Below are positions 21,250 through 30,975 of a stretch of 64,000 nucleotides of DNA, one piece after another. The position numbers and the translations under genes are program-made. Under the pieces are notes generated by a model. The model did no database searches, had not been told where the DNA came from, and was given only the letters and a program-made list of their open reading frames with translations. The DNA is from Arenicellales bacterium (GTDB taxonomy: Bacteria > Pseudomonadota > Gammaproteobacteria > Arenicellales > JAJDZL01), in the NCBI GenBank assembly GCA_965214615.1, contig OZ243952.1:2125734-2189733 (forward strand), given 5' to 3'. The first letter of the stretch is position 1; every line of letters begins with the position of its first letter.

Positions 21250-21255
21250 TGTCAA
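21133..21255 (-). pseudogene. 5' fragment of a second DUF4338-like gene copy, truncated at the hicBA insert boundary
   Basis: MTPGEVVVRLAKPHECGKWNELMVRHHDFGFKRFAGRGLRY parallels residues 19-59 of the 19634..20164 ORF. Homology stops at 21133. Confidence 0.7.
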
Positions 21256-21459
21256 GGCGCGACCTTTGCAGCAAAGCCAGCCACCCTCTCACCCGAATAC
21301 TGACCGGCCTGATGCCGGTGGCGTCCGACGCAATGCTGTTCCGCAGATTCTATGCCGGATCAATCTTGCCATTCGCTCCTAGTATCATATGGAGTGAAAC
21401 CGCCGCCAGGCATCCTGCGGCATCAAAACGGGAGCACTGAGCCACCAGCTTGTATCAGC

Positions 21460-23319
21460 ATGCCAGAAACCACATCACGTTCACATCCGGATACCGTAGT
21501 ACACCTGTCTGCGGTAATCGAAAGCGCGGCTTCCCTGGCGCAGCAGAAAGAGCGCGCAATCGTCATCGCACGCACAATACTCGATGGCTTCGAGCGCCAC
21601 TTCTCGATTTTTCAGCAGATTACGTCAGGCGCACTTGAGCAATTCGAAAATGCAGACTGGACAGCGGCGCGCGAAGCCGCGCGAAAGCGCATTCACTTTT
21701 ATGACCAGCGCACTCAGGAAACCCTGGACACGCTTCGCAACGAGTTGAAAATTACAGCGCTCGACACCCCTCTTTGGGAAATCGTCAAGGAGCAATATGT
21801 CGATCTGCTGTTCCGGCATCAGCAGCCCGAACTTGCAGAAAGCTATTTCAACTCCGTTTTTTGCAAGTTCTTCCACAGACGCTATTACAACAACAACAAT
21901 ATTTTCGTCCGGCCATCGGTTTCTGTTGAATATCTTTCGCCGGCAGAGCCGACATACCGATCGTACTATCCCGCAGAATCGGGCTTGCGAAAAACAATTG
22001 AATCGATACTTGCAGACGCCGGGTTCACGCTGCCGTTTGAAGACTTGCGCCGCGATGTGCGCAGAATCATGAGCCAATTGAACGAAGTTCTGCCTAAGAG
22101 CAACCGTTCAACATCGCTGAACTATCACATCGACGTACTTGCGTCGCTGTTTTTTCGAAACAAGGCCGCGTATCTGATCGGCCGCGTCGTCAACGGCTAC
22201 GACATCGCGCCGTTCGTTGTTCCGATCATCAATAACGAAGCAGGCGCGGTCTACGTCGACGCTCTGCTTCTGGATGCACAGGATGTAAACACCGTATTCG
22301 GATTCTCCCATGCCTACTTCATGGTCGAGACCGAAGTGCCTTCGGCGACCGTGGCATTCCTGAAACAAGTTCTTCCGACCAAGAGTACGGCCGACCTTTA
22401 TTCGGCAATTGGTTTCCACAAACATGGAAAAACAGCATTTTATCGAGACTTTCTACATCATCTTCGACATTCATCCGACAAAATCATCGAAGCGCCCGGC
22501 ATACGCGGAATGGTGATGATGGTATTTACGCTGCCGTCCTATCCCTACGTATTCAAAATCATCAAGGATTCCTTTGATCCGCCGAAAAACATGGCCCGCT
22601 CCGAGGTCATCGAAAAGTACCGGCTGGTCAAGCAGCACGACCGCATCGGCCGTCTTGCAGACACATTGGAGTATTCCGAAGTCGCCATGCCGAAGGACCG
22701 ATTTGACCCCGGACTGCTCGCAGCGCTGCTTGACACCTGCAGACATACGGTTTCTATCGATGACGACGTAGTAGTCCTAAGGCATGTCTACATTGAGCAC
22801 CGGATGGTGCCGCTCAACCTACTGCTTGAGCAGATCACCGACGAGGACGAGCTTAGGTATTTCGCTCGAGGCTACGGCGATGCGATTCGGGAAATGGCAG
22901 CTGCAAATATATTCCCCGGAGACATGTTGCTGAAGAATTTTGGCGTCACCCGAAACCGTCGAGTGGTGTTCTACGACTACGACGAAATTCGCTATCTGAC
23001 CGACTGCAGGGTACGGAAACTGCCGCCCGCGGCGAATCCGGAAGACGATCTCGCCTGTGAACCGTGGTTCTCGGTCGGAGACGATGACATTTTCCCCGTC
23101 GAATTCCAAATGTACTTTCTCGCCAATCCGGCCATTGCCGATCATTTCGTCGAATATCACAGTGAATTGATGACTGTAGAGTTCTGGCGCGATATGCAGC
23201 AGACGATTCGTTCTGGCCAGCTTTGCGACGTTTTCCCATATCGGCGGTCCCAAAGTTTTTCGAGAGAGCAGATCGAAGACAATGGCGGTCGCGGCGAGTT
23301 CGGCCCGATGGATGCTTGA
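21460..23319 (+). CDS. aceK: isocitrate dehydrogenase kinase/phosphatase
   Basis: MLLKNFGVTRNRRVVFYDYDEIRYLTDCRVRKLPPAANPEDDLACEPWFSVGDDDIFPVEF is the diagnostic AceK C-terminal kinase block. The start is taken as ATG 21460 (619 aa). The track ORF begins at 21352. Confidence 0.9.
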   Translation: MPETTSRSHPDTVVHLSAVIESAASLAQQKERAIVIARTILDGFERHFSIFQQITSGALEQFENADWTAAREAARKRIHFYDQRTQETLDTLRNELKITALDTPLWEIVKEQYVDLLFRHQQPELAESYFNSVFCKFFHRRYYNNNNIFVRPSVSVEYLSPAEPTYRSYYPAESGLRKTIESILADAGFTLPFEDLRRDVRRIMSQLNEVLPKSNRSTSLNYHIDVLASLFFRNKAAYLIGRVVNGYDIAPFVVPIINNEAGAVYVDALLLDAQDVNTVFGFSHAYFMVETEVPSATVAFLKQVLPTKSTADLYSAIGFHKHGKTAFYRDFLHHLRHSSDKIIEAPGIRGMVMMVFTLPSYPYVFKIIKDSFDPPKNMARSEVIEKYRLVKQHDRIGRLADTLEYSEVAMPKDRFDPGLLAALLDTCRHTVSIDDDVVVLRHVYIEHRMVPLNLLLEQITDEDELRYFARGYGDAIREMAAANIFPGDMLLKNFGVTRNRRVVFYDYDEIRYLTDCRVRKLPPAANPEDDLACEPWFSVGDDDIFPVEFQMYFLANPAIADHFVEYHSELMTVEFWRDMQQTIRSGQLCDVFPYRRSQSFSREQIEDNGGRGEFGPMDA

Positions 23320-23425
23320 ACTGCAAGCGATGCACGCCCACTATCGAAATCACAATATTGAACAGGCTGAAACCACCAGCCGTACAGCGGATTTCACCAT
23401 TTCGCACTGAATCCTTAACCACAAA

Positions 23426-23908
23426 ATGAATTTGCGAGGCATTGCCGTGAAAAGATCAATTCAATTGCTATGCGCACTCACGGCGGCAATCGCCGTATGG
23501 GTGATGGTGCCGCAAACCGCATCGTCACATTGCCAAATCCCATGTGGAATCTATGACGATCATGCACGGGTCGCCGCCATGCTTGAAGACACGGCGACAA
23601 TCCGAAAGGCCGTATCGCAAATTGCAGATTTAGCCGGCAATTCTGATCCGCAATCTCAGAATCAACTGGTTCGCTGGGTGATGAACAAGGAGCAGCACGC
23701 TCAGAATATCATTGACACAATTGGCGACTACTTCCTGACGCAACGCGTCAAGGCTTCCCAGCAAGACTATGCGCAGCGCCTGCAGAACCATCACGCGGTC
23801 ATCGTCGCATCCATGCGCGCCAAGCAGAACTCCGATGTCGAAGCTGTCAATGAATTGCAGGCTGCCATCGAAAGTATCGCGCCCTATTATCCGAAGCATG
23901 AGCATTGA
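23426..23908 (+). CDS. sodN: nickel superoxide dismutase precursor
   Basis: Ni-hook motif HCQIPCGIYDD (canonical HCxxPCGxYD) at residues 35-45. A four-helix-bundle-length remainder includes a KEQHAQ block. It is preceded by a 34-aa leader if ATG 23426 is used, or 8 aa if ATG 23504 is used. Confidence 0.88.
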   Translation: MNLRGIAVKRSIQLLCALTAAIAVWVMVPQTASSHCQIPCGIYDDHARVAAMLEDTATIRKAVSQIADLAGNSDPQSQNQLVRWVMNKEQHAQNIIDTIGDYFLTQRVKASQQDYAQRLQNHHAVIVASMRAKQNSDVEAVNELQAAIESIAPYYPKHEH

Positions 23909-24185
23909 TGCCTTAAATTACGGCAGATTGATTGCAGAGCATGCCTCTGTCTTTGCGCACTGTCAGCTTCAGCAACTGTCCGGCTGAACGGATTGCTGCG
24001 CCGGCAGGTGACCGTGCGGCAACACCGAATTTACGCCGCCTATCCTGCAACCGCTCACAACAGTGCCCAATTGTGCGAGAATCGCTTAAAATGCCATCTC
24101 GGCGGCCGCATTTGCGACCGCCGCTTTGACATATCCTGTGCCGGCTGAATCGAAAGGATTTGCCTTGCCGGCGAATTATTCAACT

Positions 24186-25733
24186 ATGAATCGACGTATG
24201 GCCGGAAAAAGAACGCGATCGGGCGGGCGAACCGCGAGACGCGCAGAGCGCGAAAAACCTCAACTTCAGTCCACGCCGTATATTGAGCGCAAGGTGCCTG
24301 TATACGAAATTGCGCCTGAAGATACTCTGGAAATGATCGAGCGCAATGCCGATCTGGTTTTAAAGGAAATCGGAATCGAATTCCGCGACGATCCAGAAGC
24401 AATTGAGATTTGGCGCCTGGCCGGCGCCGACGTTCAAGGAGAGCTTGTCCGGTTCGAACTTGGAATGTGCCGGGAGATCATATCCCGCCACGCTCCGGCC
24501 AAGTTCGTACAGCATGCGCGAAACCCGGCCAACAATCTGCTGATTTCAAAGGATACCGCCGTATTCGTTCCCGCCTACGGCCCGCCATTCATCCGCAACG
24601 TCGATGAAGGCAGGCGCTATGCGACGATTGAAGATTTCAAGAACTTTGTGAAGCTCGCCTACATGTCCCCCTCGATCCATCACTCAGGCGGAACCGTATG
24701 CGAGCCTGTGGACTTGCCGGTAAACAAGCGCCACTTCGACATGGTCTACAGCCACATCAAGTATTCGGACAAGCCGTTCATGGGCTCGGTGACCAGCGGC
24801 GAACGCGCACAGGACACGGTCGACATGGCGAAGATCGTGTTTGGCGAGGAATTCGTCGATCGCAATACCTGCATCGTTTCGCTGATCAACGTCAATTCGC
24901 CGATGACCTATGACGACACGATGCTGGCGGCATTGAAAACCTATGCGCGAAACAATCAGGGAACAGTCATCTCGCCGTTCATTCTTTCCGGCGCAATGTC
25001 GCCCGTGACCGTAGTGGGCACCTGTACGCAAATTCTCGCCGAAGCCCTTGCCGGAATGGCTTTTGCACAGCTCGTCAGACCTGGCGCCCCTGTCATATTC
25101 GGCACTTTCAGCAGTTCGATTTCGATGCAGTCCGGAGCGCCCACGTTCGGTACGCCGGAACCGTCGCAGGTGCTATACCTGTGCGCGGCGCTGGCGCGCC
25201 GCATCGGAGTTCCGTTCCGCAGCGGCGGAGGGCTTTGCGCTTCAAAAATTTCCGATGCCCAGGCAGCATACGAATCCGCAAACACCTTGCAGACAGCGAT
25301 GCTCGCCGGCGTCAACTTCATGCTGCACACCGCCGGTTGGCTGGAAGGCGGGCTCACAATGGGCTACGAGAAGTTCATCATGGACGCAGACCAGGCTGGG
25401 ATCATGCAGACCTTCCTTGGCGGCATCGACACATCAGACAATGCCCAGGCGCTTGACGCCCTACGCGAAGTCGGACCGGGGAACCACTTTCTCGGATGCG
25501 ATCACACGCAAAGGAATTTCGAGACCGCATTCTATCGATCGCAGATCGCAGATAACAACAGCTTCGAGCAATGGCTCGCCGACGGTGCGCTCGACGCGAC
25601 GCAAAGGGCGAACGCAAGGTGGAAATCCATGCTCGAAGCCTATGAGGCGCCGCCTCTTGACTCTGCAACCGACGAGGCCTTGTGCCAATTCATGCGCACG
25701 CGCAAAGACTCGTTCGCCGACGCAATTACGTAG
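24186..25733 (+). CDS. MttB-superfamily (trimethylamine methyltransferase-like) protein, non-pyrrolysine type
   Basis: Arg-rich N-terminus GGRTARRAEREKP, then LINVNSPMTYDDTMLAALKTYARNNQ, ISPFILSGAMSPVT and SMQSGAPTFGTPEP blocks typical of the family. The ORF is continuous with no in-frame TAG. The start is taken at ATG 24186. Confidence 0.85.
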   Translation: MNRRMAGKRTRSGGRTARRAEREKPQLQSTPYIERKVPVYEIAPEDTLEMIERNADLVLKEIGIEFRDDPEAIEIWRLAGADVQGELVRFELGMCREIISRHAPAKFVQHARNPANNLLISKDTAVFVPAYGPPFIRNVDEGRRYATIEDFKNFVKLAYMSPSIHHSGGTVCEPVDLPVNKRHFDMVYSHIKYSDKPFMGSVTSGERAQDTVDMAKIVFGEEFVDRNTCIVSLINVNSPMTYDDTMLAALKTYARNNQGTVISPFILSGAMSPVTVVGTCTQILAEALAGMAFAQLVRPGAPVIFGTFSSSISMQSGAPTFGTPEPSQVLYLCAALARRIGVPFRSGGGLCASKISDAQAAYESANTLQTAMLAGVNFMLHTAGWLEGGLTMGYEKFIMDADQAGIMQTFLGGIDTSDNAQALDALREVGPGNHFLGCDHTQRNFETAFYRSQIADNNSFEQWLADGALDATQRANARWKSMLEAYEAPPLDSATDEALCQFMRTRKDSFADAIT

Positions 25734-25858
25734 ATGTCAGCCAGGCATTGTCCTGCCCGCTTGGCTGAATCACGAAGGTACAATTGCGCTCGAAACGCCT
25801 TGCGATACAATGATCAAAATTTATTCACCGCCCGATCTTAATCCGCACGAGGCATAAG

Positions 25859-27241
25859 ATGTCACAGCTTACGATACACGAAAGAGATATTCGCTCGAAT
25901 CTGCATCCATATACCAATCTTGCGGCGCACGAGCAGCAGGGGCCGTCGAAGACATATGTCAGCGGCGACGGAATCTATATTTGGGACGAAGCCGGAAACA
26001 AGTTTATCGAAGGGCTTGCCGGCCTGTGGTGCACATCGCTCGGGTTCAGCGAGCAGCGTCTTATCGATGCAGCGACACGACAACTGCAGGAATTGCCCTA
26101 TAACCACAGCTTTGCCGGCCGCACCGCTCCGGTGGTGACCGAGCTTGTGGATCGGCTGGTAGAACTCGCTCCGGAACCCATGTCCAAGGCGTACTTGACG
26201 ACATCCGGGTCCGAAGCGGTCGACACGGCGGTCAAGTTCGTCTGGTATTACAACAACGCACTCGGACGACCAAGAAAAAAGAAAATCATCTCACGCATCA
26301 ATGGCTACCACGGCGTCACCATTATCTGCACCAGCCTGACCGCGATACCGGTGATTCAAAAAGCCTTTGATGCGCCGCTCGAGCAATTCAAGCAAATTTC
26401 TACGCCCCATTACTACCGCTACGGAAAGGATGGAGAATCGGAAGAGCAGTTTTCGAGCCGGCTCGCCGATGAACTGGAGCAACTGATACTGGCGGAGGGA
26501 CCCGATACGGTCGCCGCGCTGATCGCCGAACCGCTGATGGGCGCTGGCGGGGTGATCCCGCCGCCGAAAGGCTATTTCGAAAAAATTCAGGTCGTCCTGA
26601 ATCGCCATGACGTATTGCTGATCGCCGACGAGGTTATCAACGGCTTCGGCAGAACAGGAAATTTCTGGGGCTGCGAAACTTTCAATGTGGTTCGGCCCGA
26701 CATCGTCACTTGTGCGAAGCAGCTTTCGTCCGCCTATATTCCAATCGCGGCAGTGATGATCTCAGACGAGATCTATCAGGCATTTGTCGAGCAGAGCAAT
26801 CAGGTCGGTGTGTTCGGCACCGGATTCACCTATGGCGGACACCCGGTCGGATGCGCGGTCGCACTTGAGACATTGAACATCTATGAGGAGCGGAACATCA
26901 TTGATCATGTTCGCACGGTTTCGGGTCCGTTCCAGGAACGGCTGAAACAATCAGGCGCCCACGCCCTGGTTGGCGAAGCACGCGGAGCAGGCTTGATCGG
27001 CGCGATCGAACTGGTTTCAAACAAGGATTCCAAAGCGCCGTTCGACCCGGGGCTTGGAGCCAGCAAGCAGGTCGCGGCCAAGTGCCTCGAGCATGGACTC
27101 ATAGTACGGGCACTGCCGTCCGGAGACACCGTGGGACTGTGTCCGCCGATGATTATCACCGAGCAGCAAATTCACGACATGTTCGACATATTGGACGCCG
27201 CCCTGAACGAAACAGCAGCGCAACTGCCCGTTCGCAGCTAG
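25859..27241 (+). CDS. class-III PLP aminotransferase (omega-transaminase, amine:pyruvate / beta-alanine:pyruvate type)
   Basis: Motifs INGYHG, LIADEVINGFGRTGNFWG and the Schiff-base Lys region VTCAKQLSSAYIPIAAV. 460 aa. Confidence 0.88.
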   Translation: MSQLTIHERDIRSNLHPYTNLAAHEQQGPSKTYVSGDGIYIWDEAGNKFIEGLAGLWCTSLGFSEQRLIDAATRQLQELPYNHSFAGRTAPVVTELVDRLVELAPEPMSKAYLTTSGSEAVDTAVKFVWYYNNALGRPRKKKIISRINGYHGVTIICTSLTAIPVIQKAFDAPLEQFKQISTPHYYRYGKDGESEEQFSSRLADELEQLILAEGPDTVAALIAEPLMGAGGVIPPPKGYFEKIQVVLNRHDVLLIADEVINGFGRTGNFWGCETFNVVRPDIVTCAKQLSSAYIPIAAVMISDEIYQAFVEQSNQVGVFGTGFTYGGHPVGCAVALETLNIYEERNIIDHVRTVSGPFQERLKQSGAHALVGEARGAGLIGAIELVSNKDSKAPFDPGLGASKQVAAKCLEHGLIVRALPSGDTVGLCPPMIITEQQIHDMFDILDAALNETAAQLPVRS

Positions 27242-27286
27242 GCATGCCTTGCTGCGGGATCGCAGCTCAATATTCTGTTCAGGCAG

Positions 27287-27889
27287 CTAGGGGGCCAGAA
27301 ATTCGGATCGCCAGACGTCGTCGGAACGTTCATAGCGCAAACGCTCGTGGAGACGGTCGGGCCGGCCCTGCCAGAATTCAATCCTGACCGGATCAATGCA
27401 GTAGCCGCCCCAGAAATCCGGGCGCGGCACCGGCTGGCTGCGAAATTCCTTCTCCAGACGTTCGACCTGATCGAGCATTTCGTCGCGTCCCGATATCGGG
27501 CGGCTCTGAGGAGAAGCCCAGGCACTGATCTGGCTGCCGCGGGGACGCGATGAAAAGTAATCGTCGGATATTTTTCCGCTTGCCTTCCTGACGCTTCCCT
27601 CCACTCTTACCTGGCGGTAGAGCTTGTCCCACCAAAGCACTCCGCATGCGAACGGATTGACAGCAATGTCCAGCGCCTTTCGGCTCTCGTAATTTGTAAA
27701 AAAGACAAATCCGCTGTGATCGTAGGATTTCAAAAGAACCTGCCGCGCTGCCGGCCTCCCGCTTGCATCTGCAGTTGCCAGGGTCATCGCCGACGGTTCG
27801 ATGAGCCCCGCCGACAAGGCATCATCCATCCATCGGGCGAAATGCTCTAACGGGTCCTGATGCGGCTTCAGAGATTGAATCTCGGACAT
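27287..27889 (-). CDS. pdxH: pyridoxamine 5'-phosphate oxidase
   Basis: C-terminal signature [18 protein letters not shown] and [11 protein letters not shown] block. 200 aa. Confidence 0.9.
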   Translation of the reverse strand: MSEIQSLKPHQDPLEHFARWMDDALSAGLIEPSAMTLATADASGRPAARQVLLKSYDHSGFVFFTNYESRKALDIAVNPFACGVLWWDKLYRQVRVEGSVRKASGKISDDYFSSRPRGSQISAWASPQSRPISGRDEMLDQVERLEKEFRSQPVPRPDFWGGYCIDPVRIEFWQGRPDRLHERLRYERSDDVWRSEFLAP

Positions 27890-27914
27890 ATCAGCTGCCT
27901 GGCTGCGCAGTCAA

Positions 27915-29366
27915 TCAGATGCCTGCCATGCACAGGTACTTGACTTCGACAAACTCGTCGATGCCGTATTTGGATCCCTCTCTGCCGATACCGGATTCCT
28001 TGACACCGCCAAACGGCGCGACTTCTGATGATATGATGCCGGTATTGACACCGATAATGCCACTCTCGAGCGCTTCGGACACTCTCCATACCCTGCCAAG
28101 ATCACGGCTGTAGAAGTACGCTGCCAGGCCGAACTCGGTGTCATTGGCCATCTGCACAGCCTCCTGTTCGGTATGGAACCGGAAAATCGGCGCCAAAGGA
28201 CCGAAAGTCTCCTCGTTGGCAACAGCCATGCAGCTGCTGACGCCGGTCAGCACTGTCGGCTGAAAGAATGTTCCGCCCAATTCATGCCTTGATCCGCCCG
28301 CAACCACCTTCGCACCCTTTTCGACCGCCTCATGGATGTGCGCTTCGACCTTTTCGACAGCAGGCATGTCGATCAGGGGACCTATCTGAGAATTCGGTTG
28401 CAGGCCGTCGGCCACTTTCATTTCGGACACCGCTGCGCTGAACTTTTCTGCGAATTCGTCATATACGGCATCCTGCACCAAAAAGCGGTTTGCACAGACG
28501 CATGTCTGCCCCGAGTTGCGATACTTGCATAAAATCGCGCCGGCAACTGCGGCATCGATATCGGCATCGTCAAATACCAGGAAAGGCGCATTGCCGCCGA
28601 GTTCGAGTGAAACTTTCTTCACTGTTCCCGCGCATTGGCGCATCAGTGTCTTGCCGACTGCGGTTGAGCCGGTGAATGTCAGCTTTCGCACCTTGTCATT
28701 GGATGTCAACTCGCCTCCGATCGCAGAAGACTGCCCGGTGACTACGTTGAAGACACCTTTGGGTATGCCGGCCCGTTCAGCGATCTCGCAAAGCGCTAAC
28801 GCCGAATAAGGGGTCTGTGTCGCAGGCTTGATTACGATTGTGCACCCCGACGCCAGTGCCGGTCCGGCTTTCCGGGTGATCATCGCTGCGGGGAAATTCC
28901 ACGGCGTGATTGCAGCGCACACGCCCACAGGCTCCTTGATCACAACAATCCTCCGACCTGGCTGGTCGTGCGGAATGACGTCGCCATACATGCGTTTGCC
29001 CTCTTCGGCAAACCATTCCATGAACGAGGCCGCATAGGCAACCTCGCCTCTGGCCTCGGCAAGCGGCTTGCCCTGCTCGCTGGTCATAATCATAGCAAGG
29101 TCTTCGACATTGTCCATCATCAGGTCTGCGAACTTGCGCAGCAGCTTTGAACGATCTTTCGCGGTCAGCTTCCGCCATGACTGAAACGCGGCATGGGCCG
29201 CATCAATGGCTCCCTGTGTTTCCGAGGCGCCCATTCTGGGTATGGTGCCGATGATTTCCCGAGTAGACGGATTGTGCACGTCAATGGTTTCGCCGTTGCC
29301 GGCATCTGCCCAGACACCGTCTATGTAGCACTGTTGTCGAAACAGTGATGGATCGCTAAGTTGCAT
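27915..29366 (-). CDS. gabD: NAD(P)-dependent succinate-semialdehyde (or glutarate-semialdehyde) dehydrogenase
   Basis: Aldehyde dehydrogenase motifs LELGGNAPFLVF and catalytic Cys in NSGQTCVCANR. The start is taken at ATG 29366 (MQLSDPSLFRQQCYIDG). The track ORF starts 17 codons earlier. Confidence 0.87.
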   Translation of the reverse strand: MQLSDPSLFRQQCYIDGVWADAGNGETIDVHNPSTREIIGTIPRMGASETQGAIDAAHAAFQSWRKLTAKDRSKLLRKFADLMMDNVEDLAMIMTSEQGKPLAEARGEVAYAASFMEWFAEEGKRMYGDVIPHDQPGRRIVVIKEPVGVCAAITPWNFPAAMITRKAGPALASGCTIVIKPATQTPYSALALCEIAERAGIPKGVFNVVTGQSSAIGGELTSNDKVRKLTFTGSTAVGKTLMRQCAGTVKKVSLELGGNAPFLVFDDADIDAAVAGAILCKYRNSGQTCVCANRFLVQDAVYDEFAEKFSAAVSEMKVADGLQPNSQIGPLIDMPAVEKVEAHIHEAVEKGAKVVAGGSRHELGGTFFQPTVLTGVSSCMAVANEETFGPLAPIFRFHTEQEAVQMANDTEFGLAAYFYSRDLGRVWRVSEALESGIIGVNTGIISSEVAPFGGVKESGIGREGSKYGIDEFVEVKYLCMAGI

Positions 29367-29761
29367 TGCTAAATTTACTCCAGTTCGAAAGTGGGCCTTG
29401 GTACTACTTGACAGCATCCGGCATCTCGTATTGTTTGAGACACGCCGATAATATCAAACGGATGGCACCGGCATACGGACTAATGGCAATTGATCGAAGC
29501 AAAAGCCGGGTGCGATTTTCGATAAATTGCCTATCGTTCGTCAGTGCGAATCGTCCTTATCAACATACAAAATTTCCGTCATGCACCCGATTTGACCCAG
29601 ATTCGGATGCGTATTCCAATCGCAGCGACTTTGGTGCGGATGTCACAGTCTTCGCACGTCTTCACCAACCGCCTCCGGCTTTGGCTTTCATCAACCGCAC
29701 ATTTGGATTTGCTGCCGAGCCCGTGGCGCATTTGAATCGACACGACAACCGGTACCGAAAC

Positions 29762-30973
29762 TCAGCCGAATGCGGAAATTCCGGTCTGGGCCTTGCCCAG
29801 AATCAAGGCATGTATGTCGTGCGTGCCTTCATAGGTGTTCACGGCTTCAAGATTCATCGCATGGCGAATGACGTGGAATTCGTCGCACACCCCGTTGCCG
29901 CCGTGAATATCGCGGGCGTTCCTCGCTATCTCCAATGCCTTGCCCGCGTTGTTGCGCTTCATCAGGCTTGTCAACTCGTGAGGTGCTTCACCTGCTTCCA
30001 TCATTCTGCCAAGCCGCAGGCATCCCTGCAAGCCTAGGCTGATCTCGGTCTGCATGTCCGCCAACTTGCGTTGAACAAGTTGGTTCGCTGCGATCGGCCT
30101 TCCGAACTGGCGGCGATCCAGCGCGTACTGCCGCGCTGCGTGCCAGCAAAATTCTGCCGCACCGAGCGCACCCCAGCAAATTCCGTAGCGAGCTACCGTC
30201 AGGCACGAAAGCGCAGCGCCCAGACCCGCTGCACCCGGCAGCACCATTTCATCAGGTACAAATACCCGGTCCATCGCAATGCTTCCTGTTTGTGATGCGC
30301 GCAAAGAAAATTTTCCTTCAATCTTGGGCGTAGTCAGTCCCTTGGATTCCCTTTCAATCACAAAGCCCTGAACCGTTCCACCCTCATTCTTCGCCCAAAC
30401 CACCAGCACATCGGCAATCGGAGAATTTGTGATCCATGTTTTTTCGCCGCTGACGCTGTATCCGCCATCAACTCGCTCGGCCCTGGTCTCCATGCCGCTC
30501 GGATCAGATCCATGATTCGGTTCTGTCAGGCCGAAGCAGCCGATCAACTGCCCTGCAGCAAGCTTCGGCAGCAGCCGATCGCGCTGATCGTCGCTGCCGT
30601 ATCGCCAAATGGGGTACATCACCAGCGAAGACTGAACGCTCATGAACGATCGGTATCCGCTGTCGACCCGTTCAATTTCGCGGGCGGCCAGGCCATAGCT
30701 CACATAGCCTAGACCAGGACAGCCATAGCCATCGATGGTGGAGCCGAGCAGCCCAAGCTGTCCCATTTCGCCTGCGATATCTCGATCAAAGTGTTCGTTG
30801 CGGTTCGCTGCGACGACACGCGGCATCAGCGACTCTTGCGCATATCGTCTTGCAGTCGACTGCACCAGCCTCTCTTCCTCGCTCAGCTGCGAGTTCATCA
30901 GAAACGGGTCTTCCCAAACAAATTGCGGGCGCGACGTTGTCGCGGCTGCGGCATCCTTATTCAGCGTCTTCAT
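29762..30973 (-). CDS. gcdH: glutaryl-CoA dehydrogenase
   Basis: Acyl-CoA dehydrogenase fold with glutaryl-CoA-dehydrogenase-type ends: [17 protein letters not shown] at the N-terminus and [15 protein letters not shown] near the C-terminus. 403 aa. Confidence 0.85.
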   Translation of the reverse strand: MKTLNKDAAAATTSRPQFVWEDPFLMNSQLSEEERLVQSTARRYAQESLMPRVVAANRNEHFDRDIAGEMGQLGLLGSTIDGYGCPGLGYVSYGLAAREIERVDSGYRSFMSVQSSLVMYPIWRYGSDDQRDRLLPKLAAGQLIGCFGLTEPNHGSDPSGMETRAERVDGGYSVSGEKTWITNSPIADVLVVWAKNEGGTVQGFVIERESKGLTTPKIEGKFSLRASQTGSIAMDRVFVPDEMVLPGAAGLGAALSCLTVARYGICWGALGAAEFCWHAARQYALDRRQFGRPIAANQLVQRKLADMQTEISLGLQGCLRLGRMMEAGEAPHELTSLMKRNNAGKALEIARNARDIHGGNGVCDEFHVIRHAMNLEAVNTYEGTHDIHALILGKAQTGISAFG

Positions 30974-30975
30974 CC

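Noticed and set aside
19552-21255. DUF4338 genes as a marker of a Druantia-type defence system.
   Set aside because: The genes are short (about 200 aa), one is frameshifted and the other is a stump. No DruB-E-like genes or large helicase genes are nearby.
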